DNA from: an uncultured Candidatus Saccharibacteria bacterium
GTDB taxonomy: Bacteria > Patescibacteriota > Dojkabacteria > SC72
Length of the DNA stretch: 64,000 nt
Direction of reading: 5' to 3'
NCBI GenBank assembly: GCA_964480345.1
Contig: CAYZNW010000001.1
Coordinates: 82,137 to 146,136 of the forward strand
The notes beneath the pieces are model-generated. The model was given only the letters and a program-made list of their open reading frames with translations. It had not been told where the DNA came from and did no database searches. Of the stretch, positions 30,598-39,411 are shown in pieces. A program made the translations under genes and the position numbers. How positions within the stretch are numbered: position 1 is the stretch's first letter; the number at the start of each line of letters is the position of its first letter.

Positions 30598-32193
30598 ATG
30601 AAGATTAGTTTTAGAAAAGATTTGAATATAGCGACGATAAGGTCTGAATCAGCATGGAATAAATTTAAAATACATACTCTCTTACAGAACGGTGAGAGGA
30701 AACAATCATCTATAAATGCATACCTGGGGGCTATGTATAGTCGTACCTCTGATTCTATATTAGATATTGCTTCTGAGATAGTTATACATAGTAGTAACCT
30801 TACTGAGAAGTTAGAAAAACTTCTATCAGAGTATCGACAAAAAGTTGTTGGAGATATGGCCAATTTATTTGTTTGTATTGAAGATATTCCAATATTGACA
30901 GCTATGAAGATTTTCTATTCCAATTCTTCATTAACTGGACAGGAAAGATCACCAAAATATCAAAGAGTTGATAAGTTTGAGTTTATTAAGATACCTCGAG
31001 AAGTTTGTGACAATACTGATGTCAGAAAAGAGTTTGAAAGGATTATGTTAAAACAGTTAGTTGATTACAAGGAGATGCTAAAACCTACAAGAGAGGAGTT
31101 AGCAAAACATTACTCTATTAATTTAGAGAGTTCTCATGAAAGTGCTTCATTGAAATCTAGAGTGTTTGATGTTGCAGGATATCTTCTTCCTGTAGGTTTA
31201 AATACAAATGTGTCTTACCTAATGTCTGCAAGAGATTGGTCTTCAGAAATATCATATCTGTTAGCAAGTGATTCTGTTGTAGATAATGAATTAGCAGACC
31301 TATTGATTAGCTTACTTGGCGAGGGTCGTTTAGAATTAAAGGGGTATATTAAAGAAGCAGATGGTTTGATAGGAGATGTAGATGCTAATTGTAATAGAAA
31401 GAATTCTACTGAAGAAGTCATTAACTATTTGAAGAAATATATTTCAACAGAACAGGCTAAGGATATTCCTGAGAGAGAGACAGAATCTATTTCCGTGACT
31501 TACTCGCCTGATTGTACTGAGACTTTGATTTCACATTATGAATCTTTAATTAATCCTTTAGGTTCAGCACATGAATTAGAATTTTCAGATGAGGATCAGG
31601 AGTATATTAGTGATATTCTGTTTGAGAGACATGATCATAATAATACGATAGGGAATATGGGGCAGTCTGGTGCTATCAAAATCTCAGGATTTGCATCTTT
31701 AAGGGTATTAAAATACCTAAATAGTTTTAGAAGTTTAGAACGATTTATTCCTTTGTTGCATGATAGTGTCGATATGAATCAAGAGTTAGATCGTAGAAAT
31801 GATCAATGTTTCTATCTTTGTACATATTTAAATATTCCTAGTATGTCTAAATTGAAGAAAGAGTATCAGAAGAGGTTAGAGGAAACATATGAAAGGATTA
31901 AAGCATGGAGAAAGTACGCTATGGATTTTATGTCAGAAGATTTAGTTGATGAATTTACCAAGTATCTTTTACCTCATGCTCACTCTACAAAGTATCTTAT
32001 GTATGGTTCTTTTGATGATCTACAATATTTGATAAATAACGGAATTCGAAATGGAGTACATATTGATTGTAGAGTTCTTCTTTATGAATGGTTACGATTG
32101 CTTTCATTGAAAGATCCTATATGGAGGTCGTTGCTTAAAAAAGTAATTACTCCGAAAGTAGATGATAAGTTTCAGTTTGTAGATAGAAGTTAA
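30598..32193 (+). CDS. Hypothetical 531-aa protein in the folD-glyA-dcd operon, possibly a divergent Thy1/ThyX-like fold
   Basis: Tightly coupled between glyA (13-nt gap) and dcd (20-nt gap). The segment LFVCIEDIPILTAMKIFYSNSSLTGQERSPKYQRV weakly resembles the ThyX block F.IEGVSR....RHR.AS.SQESQRY, but the RHR triad is not conserved. No other recognisable motif. Confidence 0.3.
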   Translation: MKISFRKDLNIATIRSESAWNKFKIHTLLQNGERKQSSINAYLGAMYSRTSDSILDIASEIVIHSSNLTEKLEKLLSEYRQKVVGDMANLFVCIEDIPILTAMKIFYSNSSLTGQERSPKYQRVDKFEFIKIPREVCDNTDVRKEFERIMLKQLVDYKEMLKPTREELAKHYSINLESSHESASLKSRVFDVAGYLLPVGLNTNVSYLMSARDWSSEISYLLASDSVVDNELADLLISLLGEGRLELKGYIKEADGLIGDVDANCNRKNSTEEVINYLKKYISTEQAKDIPERETESISVTYSPDCTETLISHYESLINPLGSAHELEFSDEDQEYISDILFERHDHNNTIGNMGQSGAIKISGFASLRVLKYLNSFRSLERFIPLLHDSVDMNQELDRRNDQCFYLCTYLNIPSMSKLKKEYQKRLEETYERIKAWRKYAMDFMSEDLVDEFTKYLLPHAHSTKYLMYGSFDDLQYLINNGIRNGVHIDCRVLLYEWLRLLSLKDPIWRSLLKKVITPKVDDKFQFVDRS

Positions 32194-32212
32194 ATTTATT
32201 TATTTTAATAAT

Positions 32213-32794
32213 ATGATACTTTCAGATATTACAATTAAGGAAAAATTAAAGAGTGGGGATATTGTTATAGAGCCTTTCTCTGAAGAGTTTTTGCAACCAG
32301 CTTCGTATGATCTTCATTTGGATAGGTATTTTATGGTGTTTAATAAGGAGAGTGTAGGATTAATAGATGTTAGAAAGAAATGTGAAAATTTAATGAGAGA
32401 GGTAGATATTGGTAAGGGTGGTTCATTTATAATTCATCCAGGAGAGCTTGTTCTTGCAAATGTTCAAGAGATTGTGGGAGTAGGAGATAAATATGTTGGT
32501 AGATTAGAGGGTAAGAGTTCACTTGGTAGGATAGGATTGATAGTTCATGCTACAGCAGGTTTCTTGGATCCAGGTAATAAGTTAAGGATGACTTTGGAGT
32601 TAGCAAATCTTTCTTCGTTACCAATTAAGATATATGAAGGGATGAAGATTTCTCAGATAGCTTTTGAAGAGTTGGATAAGGCTTGTGAGAGACCGTACGG
32701 TAGTAAAAGCTTAAATAGTAAATATATAGGGGATACCAAGGTTAAGGGTAGCCTAATATGGAAGAATTTCTACAAGAAGAAATCTACATCATAG
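32213..32794 (+). CDS. dcd: dCTP deaminase
   Basis: SYDLHLD, IIHPGELVLANVQE and GFLDPGNKLRMTLELAN blocks of Dcd/dUTPase-fold deaminases. Confidence 0.85.
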   Translation: MILSDITIKEKLKSGDIVIEPFSEEFLQPASYDLHLDRYFMVFNKESVGLIDVRKKCENLMREVDIGKGGSFIIHPGELVLANVQEIVGVGDKYVGRLEGKSSLGRIGLIVHATAGFLDPGNKLRMTLELANLSSLPIKIYEGMKISQIAFEELDKACERPYGSKSLNSKYIGDTKVKGSLIWKNFYKKKSTS

Positions 32795-33890
32795 GAGGAA
32801 CTTGTGGAAGTTCACTTGATGGAGTCTCATCTACTTTAGGTTCAATTGTTGGAGTACTTTCTGGTTGAGCAGGGATACTGTTGATTTCTCCATTAACTAA
32901 ATCTTGTAAGTCATTATGTTGTGTACTCTGTTCAGGAATAGTCGTATCTGGTTGTATCAATGTCTCTGTATCTATGTTTTGTGCTGGTACAGTACTCTCT
33001 TGTGGATTTAGGTAGTCAACTGCTACTTGAGGATTTAATCCTGCATCGACAGGAGGTTGGGCAACTTCAGCTGTAGGAGCCTGTTGCTCTTCTAACTTAA
33101 CTTCTTCAACTGGTTGAGTAATAGGTGTTGTTTCTACTACTGGTTCTTGTTGAATAGTTGGAGTTTCTGCAAGAGAAGGAGTTGGTTCAGCCTGTATAGG
33201 TGTATCTACAACAACAGGTTCTGGCATAATTTCTGCAGGTTGAGATACTGCAGGTTGTACTTCTTGAGAAAAGGTTTCTGGCATAACAGGAGCTACTGTA
33301 GCTTCTGCCTGTGGAGAAATTTGTCCTTGTTCTTGATTTACTATTTCAGCTAATGTTGGTTTAGCACCGTTTAAATTATCTTCTTTTGTTTCGTTGGTTA
33401 GATTGGCAGGAATATTGTTCATATTTATACCATCAGGTATTGCTACAGGAGGTGTAGCTTGTTCTGGAGTTACTTGTATAACTTCTTCTGTTCCCTTCTT
33501 CTTGTTACTTAAGAGAATACCGATGATACTAACTAGCAAGATAACTGAACCTGCTATTAATACATATGGTAGATAGTCCATATATGCTGTTGTCTTCTTA
33601 GTTGTAGTAGTGGTTGTTGTCGTAGAGGAAGTTGTTGTTGGTGTCGTAGTAGTGGTAGGTGTTGTCGTAGTCTTTTCTTCATTGGTAGTAGGAGTCTCTG
33701 TTGTAGTATCAGTGGTTTTTGTTGTCGTACTGTCTGTAGTTTTTGTTGTCGTGCTATCTGTAGTTGTTGTAGTATCACTATCTGCAACAGGAGTTGGTGT
33801 ACTTTCTAAGGATGTAGTTTGAGCAGATACAACTAAAGGAAAAGCGAGTAATATACTGAAAATAACAAAGGATTTTAATATTTTTTTCAT
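32784..33890 (-). CDS. Secreted/membrane mucin-like protein: signal peptide, Thr-rich repeat region, TM helix, P/Q/E-rich tail
   Basis: The signal peptide MKKILKSFVIFSILLAFPLVVSA is followed by TTTTDSTTTKTTDSTTTKTTDTTTETPTT...TTTTTTTT. A TM helix (LPYVLIAGSVILLVSIIGILL) comes next, then about 240 aa of low-complexity P/Q/E/T-rich sequence. Confidence 0.5.
   Translation of the reverse strand: MKKILKSFVIFSILLAFPLVVSAQTTSLESTPTPVADSDTTTTTDSTTTKTTDSTTTKTTDTTTETPTTNEEKTTTTPTTTTTPTTTSSTTTTTTTTKKTTAYMDYLPYVLIAGSVILLVSIIGILLSNKKKGTEEVIQVTPEQATPPVAIPDGINMNNIPANLTNETKEDNLNGAKPTLAEIVNQEQGQISPQAEATVAPVMPETFSQEVQPAVSQPAEIMPEPVVVDTPIQAEPTPSLAETPTIQQEPVVETTPITQPVEEVKLEEQQAPTAEVAQPPVDAGLNPQVAVDYLNPQESTVPAQNIDTETLIQPDTTIPEQSTQHNDLQDLVNGEINSIPAQPESTPTIEPKVDETPSSELPQVPPMM
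33608..33821 (-). repeat. Thr-codon low-complexity/tandem repeat tract within the mucin-like gene
   Basis: Runs of gttgttgt/gtcgtag with near-identical ~24-nt units at 33717-33764 (ttttgttgtcgtactgtctgtag / tttttgttgtcgtgctatctgtag) encode TTDSTTTK twice. This is a slippage-prone tract. Confidence 0.5.
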
Positions 33891-33987
33891 TCTATGGACA
33901 GTTTATTTTATACTTATTCAAATTATCATAATGTTACTATGATGTCAAAGTATTGTATCGGTTTTTAGAATAGCTACAAGAATCTAT

Positions 33988-34016
33988 TTGACTTAATTAT
34001 TCACAAAATATACACT
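33988..34016 (+). promoter_or_regulatory. Candidate promoter TTGACT-N17-TACACT for the Lon-like ATPase gene
   Basis: TTGACT at 33988-33993, a 17-nt spacer, then TACACT at 34011-34016, about 10 nt before the ATG at 34026. Confidence 0.35.
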
Positions 34017-34025
34017 CTAAGAGTT

Positions 34026-35246
34026 ATGAATTACCAAGACCTAAATATATTACAAAATGGAATTCCTTCAAATGATGGGGCTACCTCTTCTGTAGACGAA
34101 AATTTAAATGAAATATCTGAATTAGAAAAGAAATTACTAAACTCTTCCTCTCCTGATAGCTTAAAAGAAGAGGCCATGAGATCTATTACTAGATTGAAAA
34201 GAATGGCAAAGATGGGAGGATATAGTAGTGAATTTGAAAATGTTAATAAATATATTGATTGGATAGTAAGAATCCCTTGGGGAGTTATCTCTGATGATAA
34301 CTTGGATATTAACAATGCAAAGGTATTGATGGATAAGAGTCACTACGGAATGAATGATATTAAAGATTTGATTGTGAATTATCTAGCTACTATGCAATTA
34401 GAAAATGTCAAAGGTAATACAATAGGAGTTCAGCCTATGCCTACTCAATTTGGTACTGTATCTTTAGAACCTCAACAAGAAATCCCTGATATGGCTCTCT
34501 TGAAAGGCTCCTCTGCAAATGCTCCTGTTTTACTCTTTGTAGGTTTGCAAGGTGTTGGTAAAACCTCTATTGCAAAATCTATTGCTAATGCAATGAATAG
34601 GAAATTCGTAAGAGTATCCCTTGGTGCTATAGGAGACGTCAGAACTCTTCGTGGTACTCCAAGATATTCTATAGATGGAGAACCAGGTCAGATTATTAAA
34701 GCACTTATTAGATGTGGTACTATGAATCCTGTTATTCTTCTTGATGAGATTGAGAAATCTAGTGGTAACTCAGGGTTAATGAACGATGTTATGGCAACTC
34801 TTCTTGAGATTTTAGATCCAGAACAAAATTCTACCTTTATAGACCACTATATCGATTATCCTGTTGACTTATCTAAAGTATTCTTCATTTGTACAGCTAA
34901 TAATCTTGGTGGTTTGTCTGCTGCTTTACTTGATAGGGTTGAGGTTATTAGGTTTACAAGCTATACCGATGAGGAGAAGGAAGTTATTGCTAAGCAGTAT
35001 ATTCTTCCAAAAGTTTATGAGAATCTACATATATCTTCTGATCATGTAGTTATAGATGATGATGTTTGGCCAAGCTTGATTAGACCGGTTGGTTTTGATG
35101 CTGGTATTCGTCAGCTAGAGAGAAATATTGCAACTATGATGAGAAGTGCTGCAAGAATGATTGTTGAGAAGAGTCCTTTACCTATCAGAATAACTAAAGA
35201 GAATCTAAATCAATTTGTTCTTTCAGATCAAGGTCCTCTAAGCTAA
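34026..35246 (+). CDS. Stand-alone Lon-like AAA+ ATPase module (no LON N-domain, no S16 protease domain)
   Basis: KYIDWIVRIPWGVISDDNLDINNAKVLMDKSHYGMNDIKDLIVNYLA aligns to the Lon linker (YIDWLL.LPW...DL..A...LD.DHYGL..VKERILEYLAV). Walker A is VGLQGVGKTS, Walker B is VILLDEIEK, sensor-1 is TANN, the Arg finger is LLDRVEVIRF, and sensor-2 is GIRQLER. The ORF stops at ...ENLNQFVLSDQGPLS, exactly where the Lon protease domain would begin. Confidence 0.75.
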   Translation: MNYQDLNILQNGIPSNDGATSSVDENLNEISELEKKLLNSSSPDSLKEEAMRSITRLKRMAKMGGYSSEFENVNKYIDWIVRIPWGVISDDNLDINNAKVLMDKSHYGMNDIKDLIVNYLATMQLENVKGNTIGVQPMPTQFGTVSLEPQQEIPDMALLKGSSANAPVLLFVGLQGVGKTSIAKSIANAMNRKFVRVSLGAIGDVRTLRGTPRYSIDGEPGQIIKALIRCGTMNPVILLDEIEKSSGNSGLMNDVMATLLEILDPEQNSTFIDHYIDYPVDLSKVFFICTANNLGGLSAALLDRVEVIRFTSYTDEEKEVIAKQYILPKVYENLHISSDHVVIDDDVWPSLIRPVGFDAGIRQLERNIATMMRSAARMIVEKSPLPIRITKENLNQFVLSDQGPLS

Positions 35247-35485
35247 TATCCTTTGAATGGGTTCGAAAGTCTCAGAGCAGAAACTGCTACTTTAATCTGT
35301 GGCTCTTTTATTCCTTTTGCAATATTAGCCTTATACATACTTTTATCTTCTGCTTTCTGTAGAAGATTTAAATCATCTTTTTTCTCTTCAGTAGATATAG
35401 TGCTAGTATCAATTGCTTGTGTAACTAAGTAGTTTTCCTCTTTTATTGTATTTTTAATATCTTGGTTGTTGTTCATTCTCTTCAC
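35243..35485 (-). CDS. Small hypothetical protein (80 aa) at the distal end of the VirB4-like operon
   Basis: An ORF overlapping the 3' end of the VirB4-like gene by 32 nt. No TM helix and no motif, so it may be spurious. Confidence 0.2.
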   Translation of the reverse strand: MKRMNNNQDIKNTIKEENYLVTQAIDTSTISTEEKKDDLNLLQKAEDKSMYKANIAKGIKEPQIKVAVSALRLSNPFKGY

Positions 35486-37943
35486 CTGGATAACTTTCTA
35501 TAATTCCTTGAGGAGTTAGATGGGATTTACCTTTTTGAGTTTTCATCCTGTCTGCAATAACTTGTCCAGACAATGTTTTCTCTTCTATGTTCTGTACAAA
35601 GCCTTTCTGACTTTCATATTTCTGAGGATTTAATTGCATCTCTTGTTGTCTTAATCTTTCTTCTAGCTCTTTTTGATACTGTACTCTTTCTTCCTCTAAG
35701 AACGATTTCTGAGTTTCTTTTCTTTGTAAAGCTTCTTGAATTATTTCATCTTGTCTTCCTATCTTTCCGTCTCTCATAGGTCTCTGTTGTGCTGGTGTAT
35801 CATAGATTTGTGCGAGTTCTTCTAAAGTTCTTGTATCTTCCTGCCCAGCTCTTTCAGCAAGTTTCTCTAAATCTCTAGGATCGGAGGTGATTAACTCGTG
35901 CTCTGATTGACTAGAAAGTACCTCTATACCTACATGGTTTGAACCTGCAAAGAATAGTCCTTGTCCTTTATCACAGTTCAGTAGGAAATTCTTCTCTCCG
36001 TCTGAGAGGTTAAATACTTCTTGTAATTTGTCTGCTGCAGTAGGACTTTGCATCATGAGCATTTGAAGAGAAGAGTTTGAGATGATAGCTTTACCCATAT
36101 CGTTATTTAAGAAGTCATTAACATCTTGTGTAATTGTAGAGAGTCCAAGGTAGTATTTTCTTGCCCTTTTTGCAATTGAGTACATGAACTTTGCTGAGTC
36201 AGCTGATTGCATCATATACCATGCTTCATCCACTACCAGTATTCTTCTCTTTCGATCTTTTCTAACTTTTGTCCAAATGAAGTCCAACATTAAGTACATT
36301 GCTAACGGTTTTAATTCTTCTTGTAAGTCTCTAATACTAAATACGGTCATCGGATTGTTGATTTCAAAGTTACTAGCTTCATTAAAAACACCTGCACCAC
36401 TACCTATGATATATTTTTCTAATCTTCTTGCTAAGCTATGTGCTTCAGGCTCTGCCATTCCTTTTAATACTTTGTACAAATCTTCCAGTAGAGGAGGTTG
36501 TTTAGTTTGTGAGGCAGGATCATATGTTATTCCTTTTTCTCGGTAGGTTAATACTAGTGCTCTGTCTAGAATAGAGCCTTCCAAGCTGGTTAAATCTTGA
36601 TAGAGTACTTTGAAGAAGCCCTGTAAGGAGAGTAATTTCATCCTTAGTTCATCATCTCCCTCTTCTGTAGCTCCTGCTAATTCAAATGGATTCATCTTGT
36701 TTCCTTTATCTTGTGAGAAAGAGATATATGCTCCATTCACAGCTGAGGATAGATTCTCATACTCTCTTTCTGGGTCAATGATGATAATTTCGGTACCAAG
36801 CATTAAGCTTCTAACGGCTTCTAATTTAACAAAATAGCTCTTACCAGCTCCTGATTTTGCAAATACTACAGTGTTGGCATTCTCTAATTCAAATCTGTCG
36901 AATATGATTAAACTCTTATTATGCATATTTAATCCATACATAATTCCGTGATCCATAGTTAACTCTGATGTTACAAAAGGAAATGTAGTGGCCAGAGAGG
37001 TAGTATCCATATTTCTAGTGATATACAGGTTGTCTATTCCTAGAGGTTGAGTACCTATAAAGCCTTGTTCCTGTTGTAAAGTCGCTGATTTTGCTGTCAC
37101 ATTAATTGCTGCTAGGGTGGATGTTACATTCCTAGCAATTTTTTCAAGTTCGTCTTTTGATTTTGCATACATTGTTATATACATTGTGAAGTGGAAGAAT
37201 TTCTCGGTACCCTCTGCTATGGAGTCTTGTAACTGTTGTGCATCAGAAAGTGCAACTTTCAATGAAGGATCTACGACTTTTCTCTCTTCCATTTGTGTGT
37301 ACAGAGTTGCTTCCATTTCTCCAATTTTCTTTTTAAGCTTGTCTAAGATGGTTTTAGAATCTACAGGGTAGTAGAAAGTACTTATTCTAAGAGAGTGTTC
37401 GAAGTTAATGATAGGGGAAAGCCAGTTAGGTCCTACAAATCTAGGATATCCACTAACAAAAAGTGTCTTAAAGTAATACTCTCCCATTTGCAAATGGTTG
37501 AAATCTATCTCTAGATCCATAGGGGCTATCATATCTTGTGTTGATATATTGCTGTTTTCATCTAATGCTGATGATGGAGTGAAAGAGGGATCTTCATTAA
37601 CTATTTCTTTGACCTCTTCTTTTTCTTCTCCGTTTTTACTTGTTTCTTCTTGTACTTTATTGTTTTTGTTTACCTTCTCCGCTATTGAATCAAGTAGCTT
37701 AATGAGGATGTTTTTCTTCTTTTTTGGTTTTTCATCATCTTCCTTTAGAGGATCAAAGTATCTGTTCCTACTATCATTTGGATCTTTACTCTCTTGAATC
37801 TTTCTCATTTCACTATCTACAGATTCTCTGAATTGAGCATATTTTTGGCTATCTGTTTTCAAAAGATTACTCTGCTCGCGCATTGTCTTAGCGGAGTTAT
37901 TTTCAAATGTTCGGTTGTAGTTATTTTTACTTAAATCTTCCAT
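35454..37943 (-). CDS. VirB4/TrbE/TraC-family type IV secretion ATPase (AAA_10-like)
   Basis: Walker A is VVFAKSGAGKSYFVK. Walker B is RRILVVDEAWYMM, carrying the DEAW hallmark of VirB4/TraC. An upstream block MDLEIDFNHLQMGEYYFKTLFVSGYPRFVGPNWLSPIINFEHSLRISTFYYPVD resembles the VirB4 N-domain. The N-terminal ~130 aa is K/E-rich and disordered. Confidence 0.65.
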   Translation of the reverse strand: MEDLSKNNYNRTFENNSAKTMREQSNLLKTDSQKYAQFRESVDSEMRKIQESKDPNDSRNRYFDPLKEDDEKPKKKKNILIKLLDSIAEKVNKNNKVQEETSKNGEEKEEVKEIVNEDPSFTPSSALDENSNISTQDMIAPMDLEIDFNHLQMGEYYFKTLFVSGYPRFVGPNWLSPIINFEHSLRISTFYYPVDSKTILDKLKKKIGEMEATLYTQMEERKVVDPSLKVALSDAQQLQDSIAEGTEKFFHFTMYITMYAKSKDELEKIARNVTSTLAAINVTAKSATLQQEQGFIGTQPLGIDNLYITRNMDTTSLATTFPFVTSELTMDHGIMYGLNMHNKSLIIFDRFELENANTVVFAKSGAGKSYFVKLEAVRSLMLGTEIIIIDPEREYENLSSAVNGAYISFSQDKGNKMNPFELAGATEEGDDELRMKLLSLQGFFKVLYQDLTSLEGSILDRALVLTYREKGITYDPASQTKQPPLLEDLYKVLKGMAEPEAHSLARRLEKYIIGSGAGVFNEASNFEINNPMTVFSIRDLQEELKPLAMYLMLDFIWTKVRKDRKRRILVVDEAWYMMQSADSAKFMYSIAKRARKYYLGLSTITQDVNDFLNNDMGKAIISNSSLQMLMMQSPTAADKLQEVFNLSDGEKNFLLNCDKGQGLFFAGSNHVGIEVLSSQSEHELITSDPRDLEKLAERAGQEDTRTLEELAQIYDTPAQQRPMRDGKIGRQDEIIQEALQRKETQKSFLEEERVQYQKELEERLRQQEMQLNPQKYESQKGFVQNIEEKTLSGQVIADRMKTQKGKSHLTPQGIIESYPGEENEQQPRY

Positions 37944-37945
37944 TT

Positions 37946-38581
37946 TTACTCTTCATCTGGGTTATATATTGTGTAAAACTCAGAAATTAACTCCTTATTG
38001 GTTAGTTGATGGCCAAACAATCCCATACGACTCAATTGTTTAAGAATATGATCTCTCTTAGGATAGAGGAATATCTTAGCTTTTTCCAGGAGCTGTCCTA
38101 CTTCCATTTCTTTTACTTTCTCTTCTTCTCCTTTTGCTTTTTTAGATTTGAATATTGATACATTAGGTAATTGTCCTAATGGGTAATATGGAATTACTAT
38201 GAAGAAGCTCTTGTCTAATACATCGTTCTGAACAATTAGATTTTGTACAAATTTAGAATATATTTCTAATTGTTTTTTCAAACCTTCACTCATCTCTCTT
38301 TCTTTCTGATTGTTTAAATAGTCTATGTAGTTGCTGATATCTACTCTTTTTGTTCTTATGAGGATTTGTATTCTAAAGTTTAATGAATTCAGTAATCCTG
38401 CAAAGGCATAAATTTTGTTGTCTTGCTCGTATTCTGCTAAAAGTTCAAAGTTAATTGAAGATGTTTGTATAACCATCGATACACTTCCATTTTTATTTAT
38501 TACCAAGTCATCTGCTATTTCCTTGATGGCTAAGTGTTCTTGTGTTGATGCTGTTGCTCTTGCACGAGCATTTTTATCCAT
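37946..38581 (-). CDS. Hypothetical soluble protein translationally coupled between PrgI-like and VirB4-like genes (possible detached VirB4 N-terminal-like domain)
   Basis: Has 2-nt gaps to both neighbours and no TM helix. The segment HLAIKEIADDLVINKNGSVSMVIQTSSINFELLAEYEQD...FAGLLNSLNFRIQIL is reminiscent of the N-terminal region of Gram-positive VirB4 homologues. This is an inference from memory of those families. Confidence 0.35.
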   Translation of the reverse strand: MDKNARARATASTQEHLAIKEIADDLVINKNGSVSMVIQTSSINFELLAEYEQDNKIYAFAGLLNSLNFRIQILIRTKRVDISNYIDYLNNQKEREMSEGLKKQLEIYSKFVQNLIVQNDVLDKSFFIVIPYYPLGQLPNVSIFKSKKAKGEEEKVKEMEVGQLLEKAKIFLYPKRDHILKQLSRMGLFGHQLTNKELISEFYTIYNPDEE

Positions 38582-38583
38582 AT

Positions 38584-39411
38584 TTATACTGCATTAATCT
38601 TAATTGGTAATCTATTATTTATGTTATCCATCATTATTTCAACTGATGGAAAAGTATATTGTGGATGTTGAAATGTTAATGAATAATTACCTTTCTCCCA
38701 TATTTGATTTGTTAAGAAATATCCATTTGGACCTGTTTTATTTGCATAAAGGATTTTACCTTCAGAATTTCTTAAGTAAGAAATCACATTAGGTATAGGT
38801 TTATAATCAGGTGTACAAAGCCAACAATTAATATTTCCAGGTAAATCTTCCATACCTTTTGTAGAAAATTGATAGTTAGAGATATTCTCATCCGTTATTA
38901 TTAATTTCAGTGGATCTATTTGTTGTACTTTCTCATCAGTATTTGTTTCTAGAATATCCATTTCATCTTTCTCATCCTCTTGCGTATCTTCTTTTTTTAA
39001 TGAATCTAAACTAATACCTATGATTTTTTTCTTCTCTTTTTTCTGATCTTTGTGTATTAAGGTTCCATCTTCTGCTGGTTTAATTAAAGGTTTAGTTCTT
39101 TCCTCTTTCATCTCTTTGTTTAACCAAGTTCGCTGAGTAGGGTTGTTAATAGCGGCGATGTAACTTTGAATAAATTTGTCTGCATCTTGATCATTGATTG
39201 GTACAAGTCCAAGTATGATTCCTAATGATGAGCTGACAATACAAACTGGGATTCCAAGTAATGCAGGGATTATATTTGAGACGACTAAATATATCATTAA
39301 ACCACCGAAACCAACCCCTACTGCTAGGTATGCGAATTCCTTTAATGTGAATTTAGTGAATAACTTAAATTCTACATCTAAAACATTTTGTGGTATTGCA
39401 TGTTGTCTCAT
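38584..39411 (-). CDS. PrgI/VirB3-like small membrane protein with a ~150-aa C-terminal extension
   Basis: The N-terminus FKLFTKFTLKEFAYLAVGVGFGGLMIYLV plus a second TM helix matches the PrgI-family (VirB3-like) layout found immediately upstream of VirB4 genes. The C-terminal extension is K/E/D-rich and ends in a CWLC-containing domain. Confidence 0.45.
   Translation of the reverse strand: MRQHAIPQNVLDVEFKLFTKFTLKEFAYLAVGVGFGGLMIYLVVSNIIPALLGIPVCIVSSSLGIILGLVPINDQDADKFIQSYIAAINNPTQRTWLNKEMKEERTKPLIKPAEDGTLIHKDQKKEKKKIIGISLDSLKKEDTQEDEKDEMDILETNTDEKVQQIDPLKLIITDENISNYQFSTKGMEDLPGNINCWLCTPDYKPIPNVISYLRNSEGKILYANKTGPNGYFLTNQIWEKGNYSLTFQHPQYTFPSVEIMMDNINNRLPIKINAV

Noticed and set aside
33114-33822. 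Four short ORFs (plus and minus strand) inside the mucin-like gene, including a poly-Val translation
   Set aside because: Frame artefacts of the gtt/gtc Thr-codon repeat tract.
35246-35300. GGGTTCGAAAG segment resembling a tRNA T-arm
   Set aside because: No flanking acceptor, D-arm or anticodon stem complementarity, and it lies inside coding sequence. No tRNA genes were found in any intergenic region of the window.
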